Positions 14,019 through 15,401 of a DNA stretch of 15,401 nt are shown here, piece after piece. The translations under genes were made by a program, and so were the position numbers. The stretch lies in IMG/VR virus record IMGVR_UViG_2547132277_000010; one strand, given 5' to 3'. The first letter of the stretch is position 1; every line of letters begins with the position of its first letter. The stretch comes from a virus (lineage: Duplodnaviria; Heunggongvirae; Uroviricota; Caudoviricetes). The notes beneath the pieces are model-generated. The model searched no databases. It saw only the letters and a list, made by a program, of their open reading frames with translations, and was not told the DNA's origin.

Positions 14019-14498
14019 TCAGTCGATGATGCGCATAATGGCGCTGCATTCCGGATGCTGCAGGGCGTAATCCCGCAACCGGTAATAATGGACCGTCATG
14101 GCATAATTCTCCGTACGACAGGCATGATGACTGTACGTCATCAGACAGGCGGCAATACCGGCGGCTTCCGGGCTCATTTCTGCGCGGTTACCGTTCATGG
14201 CATTGAACAGTACCCATGTTTCGTCATCATCGTCATCCGGTTCGGGTGCCATAAATGCCCCGCCGTTGTTCAGGGTGTACAGATTCCAGATACCACCGCA
14301 GTAGTCTTCGCACAGACGGTCCATCCAGCCGAAGACACGGGGCTCCAGGGTCACCCACTGTGGAATGAGGCCAAAATGCTGCGGCCAGAAGCTGATGCGC
14401 TGTTCATCAGGGACGAGGCTGGCAACCAACTGAGGCGGATTATTCTCTGGTGTTGTAGCTGAATAAATTGTGGGGGTATTCTGAGAAACGGTTTTCAT
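14019..14498 (-). CDS. antirestriction protein (YfjX/YafX-type), 159 aa
   Basis: AAGGAG lies 7 nt upstream of the ATG. Acidic stretch PEPDDDDDETW and the C-terminal region are typical of this family in CP4-type islands. Confidence 0.8.
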   Translation of the reverse strand: MKTVSQNTPTIYSATTPENNPPQLVASLVPDEQRISFWPQHFGLIPQWVTLEPRVFGWMDRLCEDYCGGIWNLYTLNNGGAFMAPEPDDDDDETWVLFNAMNGNRAEMSPEAAGIAACLMTYSHHACRTENYAMTVHYYRLRDYALQHPECSAIMRIID

Positions 14499-14579
14499 GA
14501 GATAACTCCTTAAATAACAAATAAATGTGTGTTTTTCAGGAACGAAAGCTGAATGATTCCCTCACTCAGGGAAACGGCA

Positions 14580-15401
14580 TCAGCGCAGGCTCTCCAGCAT
14601 CGTTTCTGCCATCACCCACAATGCGCGATTGAGCTTAATGTCGGTATCAATGCTGTGAATGGCACGGGTATGGATACGTTTTCCTTTTGCACTGCGACCG
14701 GAAATCCCGCCTTTCAGCATATTCTCTTGGATGGTCTGATATGCGCTCCACAGGTCCTTACCGTAATCCTCCCGGCGTCGCGGCGTCAGAATGTCGGCGG
14801 TGGTGACGGGCTGATGTTCGTCACCATAACGGTAAGTCAGTGCCGCCTGTGCCAGCGCCTGGCGTGCCGGTGGCGGCAGGACCAGCGACTGCATGGCATC
14901 ACGCTTCTCCTCTATCCGGTCAAACACGCCCACCACCTCGTAAGCCCCTTCGATAACTTTCTCCACTACATTTCCCCGGTGTGGAACACGCACTTCCCCC
15001 AGAGACTGGCCACAGACGCACCCGTTCTGGCAGACGAACCTGAAGTAACCCGGCAGCATCTGGTAGCTGGAGGTACCGTCATGAGAGTTGAGCAGAATAA
15101 TTTCAGGGACATGTTCTCCGTTTATCTCTCCGGCCCGCCGCAGACGCAGCATGTGTTTTGTGTATCCCCGGCGGCCCGGGTCGCGCACACGGGTCTGGCA
15201 GGCGAAGAACGGCTGAAAGCCTTCCCGCTGCAGATTTTCCAGGACGGTAATGGTGGGAATGTACGCATACCGTTCACTGCGGGAGGTGTGCCGGTCTTCC
15301 CCAAAAATACTGGGTACATGGCGTATCAGTTCTTCATGTGTCAGCGGACGGTCACGGCGTATCTGGTTTGCAGCATAACCAAAACGACTTGCTAATCGCA
15401 T
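14580..15401 (-). CDS. DUF932 protein (YfjQ/YafZ family), 273 aa; its ATG is the last three bases of the window
   Basis: Length and sequence character match the DUF932 proteins that precede the antirestriction/RadC/TA module in CP4-type islands. Confidence 0.8.
   Translation of the reverse strand: MRLASRFGYAANQIRRDRPLTHEELIRHVPSIFGEDRHTSRSERYAYIPTITVLENLQREGFQPFFACQTRVRDPGRRGYTKHMLRLRRAGEINGEHVPEIILLNSHDGTSSYQMLPGYFRFVCQNGCVCGQSLGEVRVPHRGNVVEKVIEGAYEVVGVFDRIEEKRDAMQSLVLPPPARQALAQAALTYRYGDEHQPVTTADILTPRRREDYGKDLWSAYQTIQENMLKGGISGRSAKGKRIHTRAIHSIDTDIKLNRALWVMAETMLESLR

Noticed and set aside
13539-14462. 307 aa plus-strand ORF
   Set aside because: Antisense to the RadC-like and antirestriction genes, which have clear family resemblance and proper RBSs on the minus strand. 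The product is low-complexity and G/H/Q-rich, typical of a shadow ORF on a GC-rich coding strand.
14553-15395. 280 aa plus-strand ORF
   Set aside because: Antisense to the DUF932 gene, which has a recognisable family signature. No RBS, and the composition is shadow-ORF-like.
1-15401. CRISPR arrays, tRNA/rRNA genes, and an att site
   Set aside because: No regularly spaced direct repeats, no tRNA-like cloverleaf sequence and no rRNA-like stretch were seen. An attachment site is expected outside the window beyond the integrase-proximal left edge.

Overview
This window reads as a mosaic of two degraded mobile elements in an Escherichia/Salmonella-type genome. Bases 1-10170 are a defective lambdoid (P22-like immunity/N type) prophage remnant; about 10170-15401 resembles the distal end of a CP4-44-like integrative island plus the host gene yeeX. 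All homology calls are from reading the translations and from memory, not from any search. The prophage part keeps a leftward early operon on the minus strand (N, small accessory ORFs, cIII-like, Kil-like, Rad52/Sak-like annealase, DUF551, AlpA/Xis-like) and a divergent cI/cro immunity switch with P22-type nut boxB hairpins. Directly after nutR it jumps to a 5'-truncated Rz with an intact embedded Rz1, then a KilA-N protein, a gp49-like protein and a portal gene whose last ~190 codons look foreign. No replication, Q, holin, endolysin or terminase genes are present. The most interesting locus is a two-gene, AT-rich, translationally coupled cassette (4286-5592, minus strand) sitting between cI and pL/nutL, exactly where lambda carries rexAB; I do not recognise either protein and flag it as a candidate undescribed lysogen-expressed exclusion/defence module. 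The island part carries a DUF932 protein, an antirestriction protein, a RadC-like protein, a DUF987 protein, the CbeA antitoxin, a frameshifted CbtA toxin, YeeW and a GTPase fragment. No rRNA, tRNA or CRISPR array was seen.
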